This document shows, piece by piece, positions 11,513-24,805 of a stretch of 64,000 nt of DNA. Positions within the stretch are counted from its first letter, which is position 1. The number at the start of each line of letters is the position of its first letter. Source of the DNA: Entomortierella parvispora E1425 (Eukaryota; Fungi; Mortierellomycota); the NCBI GenBank assembly GCA_020891255.1, contig BQFW01000011.1, forward strand, positions 310,001 to 374,000, given 5' to 3'. Below the pieces are notes generated by a model. That model worked only from the letters and a program-made list of their open reading frames with translations. It made no database searches and was not told where the DNA came from. Made by a program: the position numbers and the translations under genes.

Positions 11513-11820
11513 TGTTGATGGCCAGGTCGGTACGATACACCCTTAAGTAGAACCACTATATGTAGTTGCTCGCACGGCGTGGCCCTCTGCTCTGTATCCG
11601 TCTTATTCCACATTGATCGATACTGACAGAGGCCAGCACGGCGACACTTAGGTAGAGCAGCCCTCTCATTATTTATTATTATCAATACATGATCCGTCTT
11701 ATTCCACATTGATCGATACTGACAGAGGCCAGCACGGCGACACTTAGTCTGATTCTCACTCGTCACCTAGGATTGCCATATCCCGCACAGCGCCCCTCAA
11801 GCCTGCCCCCGTACGCAACA
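11513..11820 (+). repeat. 3' LTR
   Basis: Identical to 6136-6443. Confidence 0.97.
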
Positions 11821-11980
11821 CCTTTTTGTCTCTGCACGTGACCTCGGAATCTGCGCCTTCGCTCGCATCCCACATCCCGAACAATGGCACCGATTGGCCT
11901 TCATTCAGATCACACGTCCCATTCCTTCCTTCCTTCCTTCCCTCCAACAATCCACCCTCACCCTCCACAGCTGCTGCACC

Positions 11981-12606
11981 ATGCCCGTCAAGTCCAACAA
12001 CGCCACTGCGGCCAACAAGTTTGCTCGCCTCGGATACAACACCATCGTCAAGCGCAACTCGATCTTCCTCACCACCATCTTTGTCACCGCCTTTGCCGCC
12101 GAGATGGCCTTTGACTCGGTCTCGGACCGCATCTGGGACAACATCAACAAGGGTGTACGTTCTCTTCAGCCTGTTCCTCCTTCCCCCCTCCTTTCTTTGC
12201 TTCTCATCCTAGACCGCATGAAGGATGAATCCCTGGATCATGGAATGACAGAGATTAGACGTTGCAGCAGTACACAACAAATGGAGCCCCCACTCCTCCC
12301 TTGCCTTGCGAAACGCTGATCTTGACCTGACACTTGTTGACCCAATAACTCAAGCGATGGCCTGCAGGAGTTGACCTTTTCCTTATCGCCACTGGATGCG
12401 GATCTACAGAACTTCAATCTCTGCTATCCCTTGTCTTGCGTAACAACGCGTCAGGGCATTAGCCAAAAAACAGGGACACCCGCTGTGATCTCCTGGCTTA
12501 CAAGCTCAATTGTATCATCCAACTAACTCTCCTTTCACTGCATGTTCTTTCCTCTCATTTATAGCGCCAGTGGAAGGACATTGCCCACAAGTACGAAGAT
12601 AACTAA
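11981..12606 (+). CDS. QCR9: Cytochrome b-c1 complex subunit 9
   Basis: Exon 11981-12154 (YNTIVKRNSIFLTTIFVTAFAAEMAFDSVSDRIWDNINKG), GT-AG intron 12155-12564, exon 12565-12606 (RQWKDIAHKYEDN*), giving the NKGRQWKDI signature. Confidence 0.9.
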
Positions 12607-13864
12607 ATGCCTTTTAGGCTACTATCGACCATTCATTCACTCTCCACGACTTGGTATTCAATAAAATAATCTCCTAAATCAAAAAAACTCCCTCGTTGCC
12701 TCAAGGCAATATCCTTATTGGATAATACAGTTGCGTGGACTAGCATAGAAGAATCTGGTAAATCTTCCTCCGCATGCAGAAGGATACTATAATACTATAC
12801 CCACCAACTTGAATATGCTTCTGCTTCAGGTTCTCAATCGATAGGCGAAGCTCTTGTGGCTTGAAGTGGACTGCGATTTCTTCTAGTGAGGGTCTTGGAT
12901 ATGGCCGTTGCACAGGGTACTCTTTCCTGATTTTGGCAGGATATTCCGTTTGGTGACAGGTTACCCCACCTTGGCCTTATGCGTCGCGTTGGACCTGCAG
13001 TTATTTCATAATCAAGTAGGGCCAAGGACAGTGGGTACATGACACATTTGGAAGAGGGCTACTTCTTTCACAGAGGACTCGCCTTCTGTTGTTATATAAA
13101 TCTAGTGTTTGTTATTTGACTGCAACCGCGGAACTAGAGAAAATGATGTCTATAGCAATCTTCTTAAGCCCAATTCAGACTGATGCCGAATCTTCAGGCT
13201 GGAGGCTGAACAAGGAAAGCGTCAAGGTAACCGGTTCTTTGATATTGTCCAAGGTTCAAAAGAAACGGATGACCACAGAAGTCTTTTATTGGTTCTGGAA
13301 TCACGGTAAAGACTTTAACCTGTTTAGTTGAGTATTACGGAGCTCTTATACAAGTTCCAAATAGCTACTTGAAGCGCACATCTCCACAAACACTCCTGTA
13401 AAATTCAAATTCAAAAAAACCTGTTCAACACGCGACCATTTCTTTTTGGGGGGTCGGACAAAAGTGTGCCGCCGTCGGGGGGATCTTCCCTCTTTTTGCA
13501 AATAACGTTGGAGGCAGAAGTCAACAAAAACCTGTTGGAAAGCAACAACGGTTGATCTTTTTTTTTTTTTTTTTGTCTCCACATTGAAAACCCATTGTTG
13601 ACCTGAACTTTAGCAGCGACCGGTATTCAAACAGATACCTCTCAGACCATTCCATGACCCTCAGTTGTTGCTCTTCTCCTCATAACTATCTATCCCTCCC
13701 CACTTTTCATTTTTTCGCCCAGCACAATCCTTCATCCCCTCCCTTGTCCTCTCTCTTCTTCTCTTCCCTTTTCCAACTATCTTCACCTCTCCACTCTTCA
13801 CGTCTTCATCTGTCTTTTCTACTCTCTTTCTCTTCCCGCGACTTTCTTTGTTGCCACCCCTGAA

Positions 13865-15759
13865 ATGTAAGCGTCAAAGAATACGTCGTAGAAACTACAC
13901 TAACGGCCAGAGAATCAACTGTCTCATGCATTTTTCCCCTTTCCCCCAAAAGGATCATTCAACGGACCCGACACGCGCTTTTGTCACACAGGCCAACCAC
14001 GCCTCTTCTCCAGTCATCCTCGATCAGCAAAGCTTATGGTCTCCCCTTCAACCTCCGCGCCGTCACCCGTGCCGCCCAGACTCTGGCGGCCAGGGCCGAA
14101 AAACAGCACTCTAATGAATTTGACGTCGTGATCGTCGGTTCTGGAGCTGCAGGCATGACGGCCGCCTTGGCCGCCAAGAAGCGGGGTCTTAACGTCGTGG
14201 TCATTGAAAAGTCCCGGTATTTTGGTGGCTCGACCGCTCGCTCCGGAGGCGCGATCTGGGTGCCCAACAACTCTGTTATCTTGGGAGCTGGTGTCCCAGA
14301 TTCGGCCGAACAGGCCGCAACCTACCTATCTAACGTGGTCGGACCAGAGATCCCCAAGGACCGTCAGCAGGCTTTTCTTGAGCATGGACCCAAGATGATT
14401 GACTTTATCATGGACAATACTCCGTTGCGTTTCCAATTCTTGGAAAACTACAGTGACTACTACCCTCACTTTCCTGGTGGCCTTGATATTGGTCGCTCGA
14501 TCGAGGCTATTCAAGTTGATGCCAATCTCCTGGGTGCTGAAAAGGAAAGGCTCAACCCGCCCTACATGCCCATGCCCCCCGGCATCGTTATGTACAGTGC
14601 TGACTACAAGTGGGTCAACTTGGCTGGGGTCAACGTAAAGGGTCTTGCCACCGGCATCAAGTGTATGTTGGCTGGTCTTAGAGCCATGGCTCTCCGTCAG
14701 AACCCCCAGACCATGGGTGCAGGTCTTGCAGTTGGTCTTCGTCTCGGTCTAATGGACGCCAAAATCCCTGTCTGGCACAACACTCCCTTGCTCGACCTGG
14801 TCCAAGATGGTGATGCCATATCTGGCGTGGTCGTCGAAATGCACGGCGTTCGCACCACGATCCGCGCCAAGAAAGGTGTCGTTATTGGTTCAGGTGGATT
14901 CGAACAAAATGCAGAGATGCGCAACAAGTATCAGCAGCAGCCTATCAACACAAAGTGGACTGTTGGATCCAAGGACAACACTGGTGATGGTATCTGGGCT
15001 AGCGAGAAGGTTGGTGCCGCTCTCGATCTAATGGACGATTCCTGGTGGGGTCCTACCGTCCCTGTCCCTGGTCAGCCCTACTTTTGTCTCTCGGAACGTG
15101 CTCTTCCCGGAGGATTGTTTGTGAACAAGCACGGCAAGCGCTTCGTTAATGAGGCGGGGCCATACTGTGAAGTGGTCCATGTTATGTATGAGCAGGACAA
15201 GAGTGATGATGGCAGTGAGATCCCTACGTGGATGATTGTTGATCAAAGATTCCGCAACAGATATCTCTTCAAGGACGTGCCTGGCAGGTTCCCCATCCCC
15301 AAGTTCTGGTATGAGTCCGGCGTGGTCAAGAAAGCCAAGACCCTGCATGAACTAGCCAAAGATATCAATGTCCCAGCAGATGCTCTGCAAGCCACCGTGA
15401 CACGATTCAACGGACAAGCCAAGAAGGGCGTCGACGAGGACTTTGGCCGCGGTAACAACATGTATGACAGATTCTATACCGATCCTGCAGTCAAGCCCAA
15501 CCCATGCTTGGCTCCTCTTGAACAGGGCCCATTTTACGCGTTCAAGATTGCCCCGGGTGACCTTGGTACCAAAGGTGGTATTGTAACCGATGCTAGGGCC
15601 AGGGCCTTGCGCTCTGATGGCACGGTGATCAAGGGTCTATGGGCTGCAGGAAACGCAAGTGCTGCAGTCATGGGTAACAGCTACGCCGGCGCCGGATCTA
15701 CAATTGGACCTGCCATGACCTTTGGTTACATTGCCGCGAATGATCTCGCAGATTTGTAA
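13865..15759 (+). CDS. kstD: FAD-dependent 3-ketosteroid-delta1-dehydrogenase-like flavoprotein of bacterial type, with an N-terminal extension
   Basis: Rossmann motif DVVIVGSGAAG, GGSTARSGGAIWVPNN, YSDYYP, SWWGP, FVNEAGPY, PGDLGTKGG, SYAGAGSTIGPAMTFG. Modelled as AT(13865-66), intron 13867-13991, G(13992)...TAA 15759, 589 aa. Substrate not demonstrated. Confidence 0.8.
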
Positions 15760-17440
15760 AATAAACATTACTTCAAAATCAGCACGATTTGTCGTTCGTT
15801 TGTGGAGATACGAATTTATGACAAAGAAGATCCAAAAAAAAAAAAAAAAAAAAAAAGCCGCATGGCGAACCAAAGACTATAAAATGAGAGGCACCTGTTG
15901 CCACATTCCATCATCACTCCTTAGTCCTTATTACAAAGATTTCTCTCTGTGCTCTCACTCAGCCTTGAAGCCCTGCGTCATACTCGGCCCCGCTTCTCTG
16001 GTTCCAGCACATACACCTCTAGGCTCTGTCGAATAGGGGAAGTGGCCACGACATTAATGAGCATCTGTCTCTGGACCTAACACCGAACATTATCGATTTG
16101 AAACTGCTAACTACCTGCGCTCGATTCTTTGGTACAAAATGTTTGCGAGAGAGCAGTTACGCTGGGCGTAGGAAAAGGTCTTTGGAGATGAACATGTTGC
16201 GATCGAAAACTTTCGTCATAGAGCTCAAAGTGATAGACAGATAGTTGGCAACAGATACCTGGGCAGCACTACATGTCTAAAAAGAAATGCGTGAGCGCCG
16301 ACGAGTAAAGCTGCAGGAATCTTTCGGTGTATTTCAAGCGCACCATGCGGATACCTTTTGGTCAGAAGGATGTCTTTTAAAGTCAACTAATGGCGCAGCA
16401 TTGGATTTACAGGCAGCAGCAGCAGCATCCCAGTCACGGAAAGGATATTCTAAACTGTCTTGGAAGAGCATTGTTTATCGAGATAGTGTGCCTATTTCTG
16501 AAGGAATATCTGTCGCCAAGGGCTTGGGACGAAATCCTAGAACGCAACGCATGTTACTGGTCTCTACATAACTTTTCAGAGGGCTGAATAGTGTTGTCCT
16601 TATTGAAGGCTAGGTGGGTTCTTCATATGAGGCTACTGCCCATCTTTAAAGGGAAGAGACAGAGAGAGCAAAGGATACAAAGGAGTGCATTTGGAAAATG
16701 GCGAATTTCGCACTCAGGCCCAGAAATAACTCTGAATTTTTTTTTATTCTTCGAGTCTTCGATCTCTTGGTTCTGTAAAGATGATGGGGGTGCCCTGCCC
16801 TGAAGCCAAGATTCATCTTGCGCAAATAACGCATAACGGTGATAGTAGAACTCCAGAGGTCCCAGGCCTTCTAATCTAGTTGGTGCTTACAGGATGGCAT
16901 CCTCCACGGTCGTCATGATTGAGTCGGTAGATATCATTAATCTAGTCTTTCCTAGTCAGATCCCGTTCCCTCGGTGTAATCGTTCGTCTCTTTGCTGTGA
17001 TGTTTCTGCCCAACATGGTCGTACTTCTACTCCCTTTCTTCTGGCTGGGATCAGGCCATCCGAAGGTGTGAAGTCCGCTGGAGCTTGTGGAGCTCGTCAC
17101 TTCGTGGGACTGATGTTCCTCCCTTCTTCTTCCTCAGTCATGAATTCTGGAATCTCGTTGAGACGACTGGCTTCTGAAACGCTTGCTCTTCCTCTTTGTC
17201 AAATGTTTGCATCATGGCGCCTCAACGGCCTTCGAACTACTTGTTAGTGAAGGCTGTCGTGAATCTTTTCTATCAGTTGCACAAAAGTTTTGAAGACGGA
17301 GAAACCATCGGGTGAGTCCTTGCTTACACACCTACTGATATACCGAGAGCGAAAGGGCGTTTTTTTTTTCTCGCCCTAGAGGCCTCACTTGCGCGTCCAA
17401 AAGCTGCATTGAGGCAAAAGAAAAAAAAATAAAAATAGAA

Positions 17441-17465
17441 TGCGACCTGTGTGGATTGAACACAC

Positions 17466-17506
<41 letters not shown>

Positions 17507-17513
17507 AGGTCGC
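17441..17513 (-). tRNA. tRNA-Phe(GAA), intronless
   Basis: GCGACCT/AGGTCGC acceptor stem, GCTC/GAGC D stem, TCAGA-CTGAAGA-TCTGA anticodon arm, GTGTG-TTCAATC-CACAC T arm; T-rich run downstream. Confidence 0.96.
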
Positions 17514-18096
17514 AGATAGAGAATAAGAATTGCAGATCAGTATTATGTCACAAAACACCAAATCACGTGACTCGACTTTCACGTGATATAATGTATGTAT
17601 TTGGTGGCGCAACGCAGCATGAACCTTGCCAAAAAAAGCCCAGCTTTTCCTGTCGTTCTGTTTTTATGATAATTGTTGGCGTTGATGGCGGAGGACAAAA
17701 AGGCACAGAAGTCTCATTGAGCCCCTCGTTTGCCCGTTCGCCCACCCTTGGCTCCGTCGCGCCTTTGCCCGGGATAACTATTCTTAGAGGATTGCTTTGC
17801 GCCCGGAACTCACACGACCCGACAGACTGCTGCTTTTTCCATGTGTTCGTCCCTCTTGACACACACGACCAATTGCTCCACACAACTCAGCAGCAAAACA
17901 GCCACGACTGCTCCAGCAAACATAAAAACCCCTGCTTGCACCCTCCTCCTCCATTCGTCTCCCTCATCCTCGTCTTCATCCTCATCCTCATCCTTCATTT
18001 CGCCCCCTCTTTCACCTCGTTCTTTCTTCACTCTTTTAATCCTCTTCAATCGCTTAATGACCCATATCAGTCAAGAATAATTCGCCAAAACCCATA

Positions 18097-20148
18097 ATGA
18101 AATTCGTTTGCATACTCGCCCTGGCAGCTGTCGCCCAAGCAGCCCAGATTACCTTTCGCGTTGTCGCGCCTGGCGCCACTTCGGTCAGCGTCCTGGTCAA
18201 TGGCCAGCAAACTGCTCTGTCTGCCGCAGATCCCACTGTCCCTTACTTCACTGGTGTCGCGGAGACAGGTTCTGATTCCAAATACAAGTACCAGGCTGGA
18301 GGCGTGGCCGAAACCTTTGATCGTCCTTTGCCTGCAGGCCGTACAAGTACTCTGAACGACTTCATCAACCGTCCCGTTACCTATGCAGATATCCCCGAGC
18401 TGCCCTGGCCCATCGAAAAGGATGTAAGTGAACTTGGCGACGACAAGAAGCAGAAACCAAAAAAATCAAGGGGGAGGCAGCTTTCGCTGGACAACGGTGG
18501 GTCGTGGCCCCGCAATATGCTAACAAAGCCTTCTCTCCTTCCATCTCCTGCGGTTCTCTCCTTCCATCTCCTGCTGTTCTCTCCTTTTCTTTTTACTCTT
18601 CCTCAGCCCCAATGGACTCGCTCGGGGCCCAAGCAGCCCTTGTTTGATACAAACTACATCCCTACGATTTTCGTCAACGGTGATGTGAGCCAATTGGATG
18701 CCCTCATTGCTAACCCTGTCAAGACTAAGTACCCTGTTACTCTGACTTATATCCTGGCTGACGAGACAAAGACTTTCACTGTGAGTTTCAGACCGAGTAT
18801 CACTGACTGCCAACTCCTGTCCAGCAGCTAACCCTCGCCCCCTTTTTTTGGTTTTGTTAATTGATCCCCTTAGAACGTTAGCTTTGGTATCCACGGAGCT
18901 GGCAAGAAAAAAAACAACTCTAAGCAAAGCTGGAACTGGCAGCTCAACGCCGGCGACACCTACCAGGAGCGCAGTTTCTTCAAGATTCGGCACCAAGAAG
19001 AGGATCCAACCCAAATCCGCGAAAAACTCTATGCCGATATTAGTCGAGCCATGGGCACCTACGCCAATGAGGCAGTCATGGTCCGCTTGTTCATTAACGG
19101 CGATGGGTTTGGAACTTTCAACCTCTTGGATGATGTTACCCAATACTCCTATCCATCGGCAATGTTCTATGCCGGCAAGCCTCCAGCTCAAATGGGTGGT
19201 CTCTTTGATGGCGCTTCCGGTGCGAGCTTCCAATACTCGGCTACGGGCGACTACTATTCGTGGATCCAGAACCCTGCAAGTCCTGACGAACCCTCAGCTA
19301 TTGGACCTTTCTGCGAGCTTTGGAGCAAGACTGACAAGACCAATGATGCAGCCATCGCGACTGTTAACCAGCAGTTGGATTTGGATTCATTTGTGCGTTT
19401 CATGGTTCTCGAATACCTGACTGGTAACTGGGACGGTTACTGGGAGGGTCAGACTAACGATGGTCTTTACCGAGACACCACTCAAAACAACAAGTGGTAC
19501 TACCTTGCCCAAGATTTCGATGCCACTTTTGGCGTCAACTTGCCCTCCGAGGACCCCACATTTGTAACTTGGTCTTATACCAAGTTCCCTGCCGCGTACC
19601 CAGGTGCCGTCTTGATCAACGGTCTCTTGCAGAACCCAACCTACCAAAAGACCTTTGAATCGTACCTCAAGAATACTGTTCAAGTCTTGTTCAACAACGT
19701 TACGCTCTCCAACCGAATCCTCAAGTACCACGAGTTTATCTTGCCAGATCTCGCATGGGATCGCAACATTACCCAGAGATCTCCTGGTATTGACTTCCAT
19801 TGGACTCTTGCTCAAGCGACTGCGAACCTCTACGAGGGTGTTGTCGCTGGAGGTACGGCCCCTGGCGGCGCCGGTTTCGGTCTGCTTGAATGGATCAGCA
19901 AGAAAGCTGATGCTGTTGCCAAAGAGTTTTCAATCACTATTACCTCAACCCCTGTCGGCCCCCCCTCAGTTGCTAACGGAAATAAGCCTTCAGCCTCAGC
20001 CACTGGACCAACTACGCCAACTGCTACTGGACCTGGTAGCGGTGGTCGCGGTGACACGGTTGCTAACGCCGCAGTGTTGCTGTCCCCAGGTGCATTGACC
20101 TCGATCGTCTTGGTCGGTGCTTCCATTGGTGTTTCTTTGATGATGTAA
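18097..20148 (+). CDS. cotH: CotH-family secreted kinase/invasin-like protein with signal peptide and GPI-type tail
   Basis: Exons 18097-18423, 18607-18780 and 18874-20148 are in frame. Signal peptide MKFVCILALAAVAQA; FGIHGAGKKKNN..KQSW, FFKIRH.EEDPTQIREKLY, NWDGYW, GQTNDG; S/T/G/P-rich stalk and hydrophobic C-terminus. Confidence 0.9.
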
Positions 20149-20391
20149 AAGAGTTATCTATTATGAATAAAGAGCATTCACTTTCATAGAGACCCAGCCT
20201 TCTAGCAAACAAGGATATCAGGATCTCCCCCCCCCCCCCCCCAAAAAAAAAGAGAAGTCCCAGCTTTCTGTCTTCTCAAAGAGGAATAAATATATTTTCA
20301 GTAGTTATCATAAGCAGGTTTGCGCAGCGCATGGGTTTCGAAACAATGAGATGAATATATTTACAAGTTATTTTGGTACAAAAATGGTGGT

Positions 20392-22710
20392 TCAATGCAA
20401 CGACCCGTATTTCTCTTGGAATCGGATAAGGTCCCCTGTCAGCTTATCCATTATCTCCAAGCTGCTCATAGACCGCGAGGCGTCTGCCTTGGGAGCATCA
20501 GAGGAAGAGCTTCCTACGGCGAAAGGCCCCACAGCTAGGTGAGGGGGCGTCAATGGTTCATGATCATGTGAGACTATTGGCTCGGTAGCACTTCCACTGG
20601 GTCCATATGCTTGCTCCTGTCTGTGGTGGCCCGAAGAGCGATCATGATTTGAAAGGGGAGGCGTTGAAAGCACAGGCGACGAAGTGCCGTCCTTTGCCAT
20701 AGGCTCGACTTTGATTGGCATAGGTCTTGGGGCGCCTACATGCGAATGGTCAGAATGAATGTCATGAAGCAGGGCACTCTCCATACTCGTCCGTGATAGG
20801 TCTGGGACTCGGCCATCGTCTTGATGGTCGTGGCAGTCATGATCTTGTAGTCCGGGTTGCACTGTAGATGTCATAGCCACCGCTGTAGGAGGCAACATAG
20901 AGGTCCATTGAATGCCTGAGGTCTTCTCGGTGGAGTTTGTTGAAGTTGTAACTGTTGGTGCGGTGGTTCCTGATGTGACGGCATGCGACAATGTGGCACC
21001 AGTGCCCGATTTGGATGGCTGATCGGCAGGGAAGAAGCAACCCTTGTTTTTACGATCAGCCATGTCAATCTGGATCCGAGAGATGTAGTCCAACAGCTGT
21101 CGTGCACGTTTCGCCATCTCATGGATCGTCATTTTGGCAGATGGGTATCGAACTACGGCCGGCGCAGCAGGCTCCATGGGCTGAGGGGTTCCATCTTCGA
21201 TATTGCTATTAAGTGCTGGGGTAGAGTGTCGAGACGACGACTGCCTTTGAGAATTTCTTTCAGCTCCGCGCCTGGGAACTGCCTTTTTGACACCTGCGGT
21301 AGGTGAGGCAACACGAAATCCCTGCCTAATGTTACCGCGCTTCAATTTCCCCAGCGGCTCCTCCAAAGGACTTTTGGCTGCGATGTTGCTTTGAACGTTG
21401 TTGGTGTCATTATCCTTAGGCGACAAGGCTACGACCACAGATTTTTAAAGAGTTTCAGTTAGCACGGTCACTATAACATAAATCAGTCCATCACAGCATG
21501 CAAGAGGAGTTGTACCCTTTCCCGTATGATCTAGCGTGTCCGGCAACCCCTCGTCTTCCTTTGAAGTGCTCTTTCCCGTTTTTCGCCTTTTTGAAGCCAA
21601 GGTTGATTCCTGACGATTGCCGTCGGCGCTTGATATTGGACGCTCTTCCTCCTCTGGAGTATCTGTAGGGACACCATCGGGGACGGTATTTGTGTTGGGT
21701 GAGTTTGACCGCGAGTTTGTCTTGAGCACTGTCTTGTTTTTCAATGTTTGGCCGCTCTCGTCTTGTGCTTTTGTTGGACTGGAAGGAGACATCTGTTCGA
21801 CGTCCTTGCTGTGGAGGTCATATTCATTCTTGATGTCGACTTGTGGCCTGGCAACAGGATCCTTTTCCTTTGTCTGGTCGCTTGAATACCCATCGTCTTC
21901 AGCATCCGTTGCGCTCCCATTCTTTTTCCGTTTTTTAGTCGACAATCGCGATATGATGTCGTCGTCGAGAATTTCGTCCATGTGCTCGTCATTCCACTTT
22001 TGTTGCGCCAACATAAGATCCATAGGAATAGATGCTTCTTTAGAGTTCATGGTGTTGCGCTTCTTTGGAGGGTTGGTCTTTGAGGAGTAGGACATTGTGG
22101 AGGATGCAGGAGAAACACGGGTAGCGGGTGTTGTTGGAGGTGACTGATGTGGAACCTTTTTTAAGTTTGACGTTCTATTATAGAGGCAGAGTCAGTTAAT
22201 GTAACAAGAAGACAATAATCAAAGGCGAGCAGGCACTTACAGAGTTCCGTTTATAACACTATATGGATGATTCTGTGGTCGACAGGATTCGCAGAAGTAC
22301 TTGTCAGGGGTCACCTCGCCATTGCCGAGTCCGACACATGAGCAGTGCTGCCAGACCTTGCAGGTCTCACACTGTATCATGACTCCTTCATGGTCTATGT
22401 AATGGGGGAATAAACACAATTCACAGTAAGGATCAGTCGCAATGTTATAGTATAGGTAACGTGCACATAATTATTCATAAAAAAACGGCGTACGTTGCTG
22501 GTTGCAGACACAACGGGTTAGGTCGCCGCTGTTGTCAACGCCGTCTTTCTTGCGGTTGCCTTTGGTATGCCCGCCACGATTGCTTCGACGGGAGGCTGCA
22601 AAGGGAACAGAGGCCGATACAGGGAGGAAGGGTGAGTAAAGTAAATGGAAAGGTTGACAGTCTTCGTTCACATGGTCAATCGAATCATTGTTCTATTTCA
22701 ACTCACTCAT
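20392..22710 (-). CDS. PHD-finger protein, Cti6-like (Rpd3L-associated)
   Basis: 4-nt first exon ATGA (22710-22707). TRCVCNQQ..MIQCETCKVWQHCSCVG..YFCESCRP is a PHD finger; C-terminal KMTIHEMAKRARQLLDYISRIQIDM resembles the Cti6 C-terminal helix. Confidence 0.8.
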
Positions 22711-23257
22711 GTCGTAGTCAGTAAAGAGGCGGGATTCTCGAGGGAACTTGAGGATATGAATCGCAAATTGGGAGAGGATGTTGGCTTTGACAAGTTATGC
22801 CTGAAGTTGCTCTGGCCAAGGTTGTTGCCGCTGAACGATTGAGAGGGAAATGAGGGAATGAGGCAGGAAAGGTCACTTGACGAGTGCCAAGCTTGACTAA
22901 ATCTACTTAGCGATCGCAAGATCCAACTGTCTGTGAAGGTGTAAGAGGTGGTAGAAGTTTGTCTCCACCTTGAGGGCGCTGCAGTGGATCCGAAGGAGGG
23001 GGTTTGCAAGTGATCGAGAGGATGAATGAATGACGGATGTGTAAAGACGCAGAACGGCGCGGTTGTGTGTCAAAAGAGAGGGAAAAAAAAAAAAAAAAAA
23101 AAACACGTGATATGCGCCACCAAAACGTGTGAGCCGCAGTCCGCATCACGTGCTCGGAGGCTGAGTTCACAATTCTGTATTATACATGTGATGCACCTCT
23201 TCCATTCAACCTTCTTCTCTACCTACACTACCTACCAACCTACACACTCCACACATC

Positions 23258-24346
<1,089 letters not shown>

Positions 24347-24805
24347 AAGCCTGGAATAAATGACTCTGTACGTAACCACGTGATGATTAGTAATGTAGTT
24401 CTGGCAGCACTTGCGTTGCACACGGGTTCTTTTTTTTTTCCCTTTTTTTTTTTTGAGAAGAGAAGAGACATTGTTCGTCCTTAACTTTTTCATATCATCA
24501 TCATTGTCGTCGTTGTTGTAGCCGTTGTTTCTTCCTCATCATCATTTCAAAATCTGTCATCATCATCACTTGCAACCCCTCTTTCTTTCTTTCCTGTTCT
24601 CTCTTCTTTTGAGATTCTACTGGCTGACCAACAGACTTGCAGGCAGACAGACAGATAGTCAGACAGTCATACAACCTACTAGAAAGACAGACAGACAGCC
24701 CCAGACAGATTCGCCTCTCCTTGTTTTTGTCCGACATCCCCACCCTCACCCTCAACCTGACCCTCACCCTTACCGCAGCAAATTATACACCTTCTGAGCC
24801 TCACA

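Larger units (their letters stand above)
6136..11820 (+). mobile_element. Full-length Ty3/Gypsy LTR retrotransposon (5685 bp), no chromodomain
   Basis: Identical 308-bp LTRs with TGTTG...CAACA termini; 4-bp TSD CCTT (6132-6135 and 11821-11824); domain order gag-PR-RT-RNaseH-integrase; GPF motif at the integrase C-terminus. Confidence 0.97.

Noticed and set aside
12700-13650. Short ORFs between QCR9 and the KstD-like gene, and similarly at 16000-17400
   Set aside because: No recognisable motifs and frequent stops; they may be decayed sequence but cannot be called.
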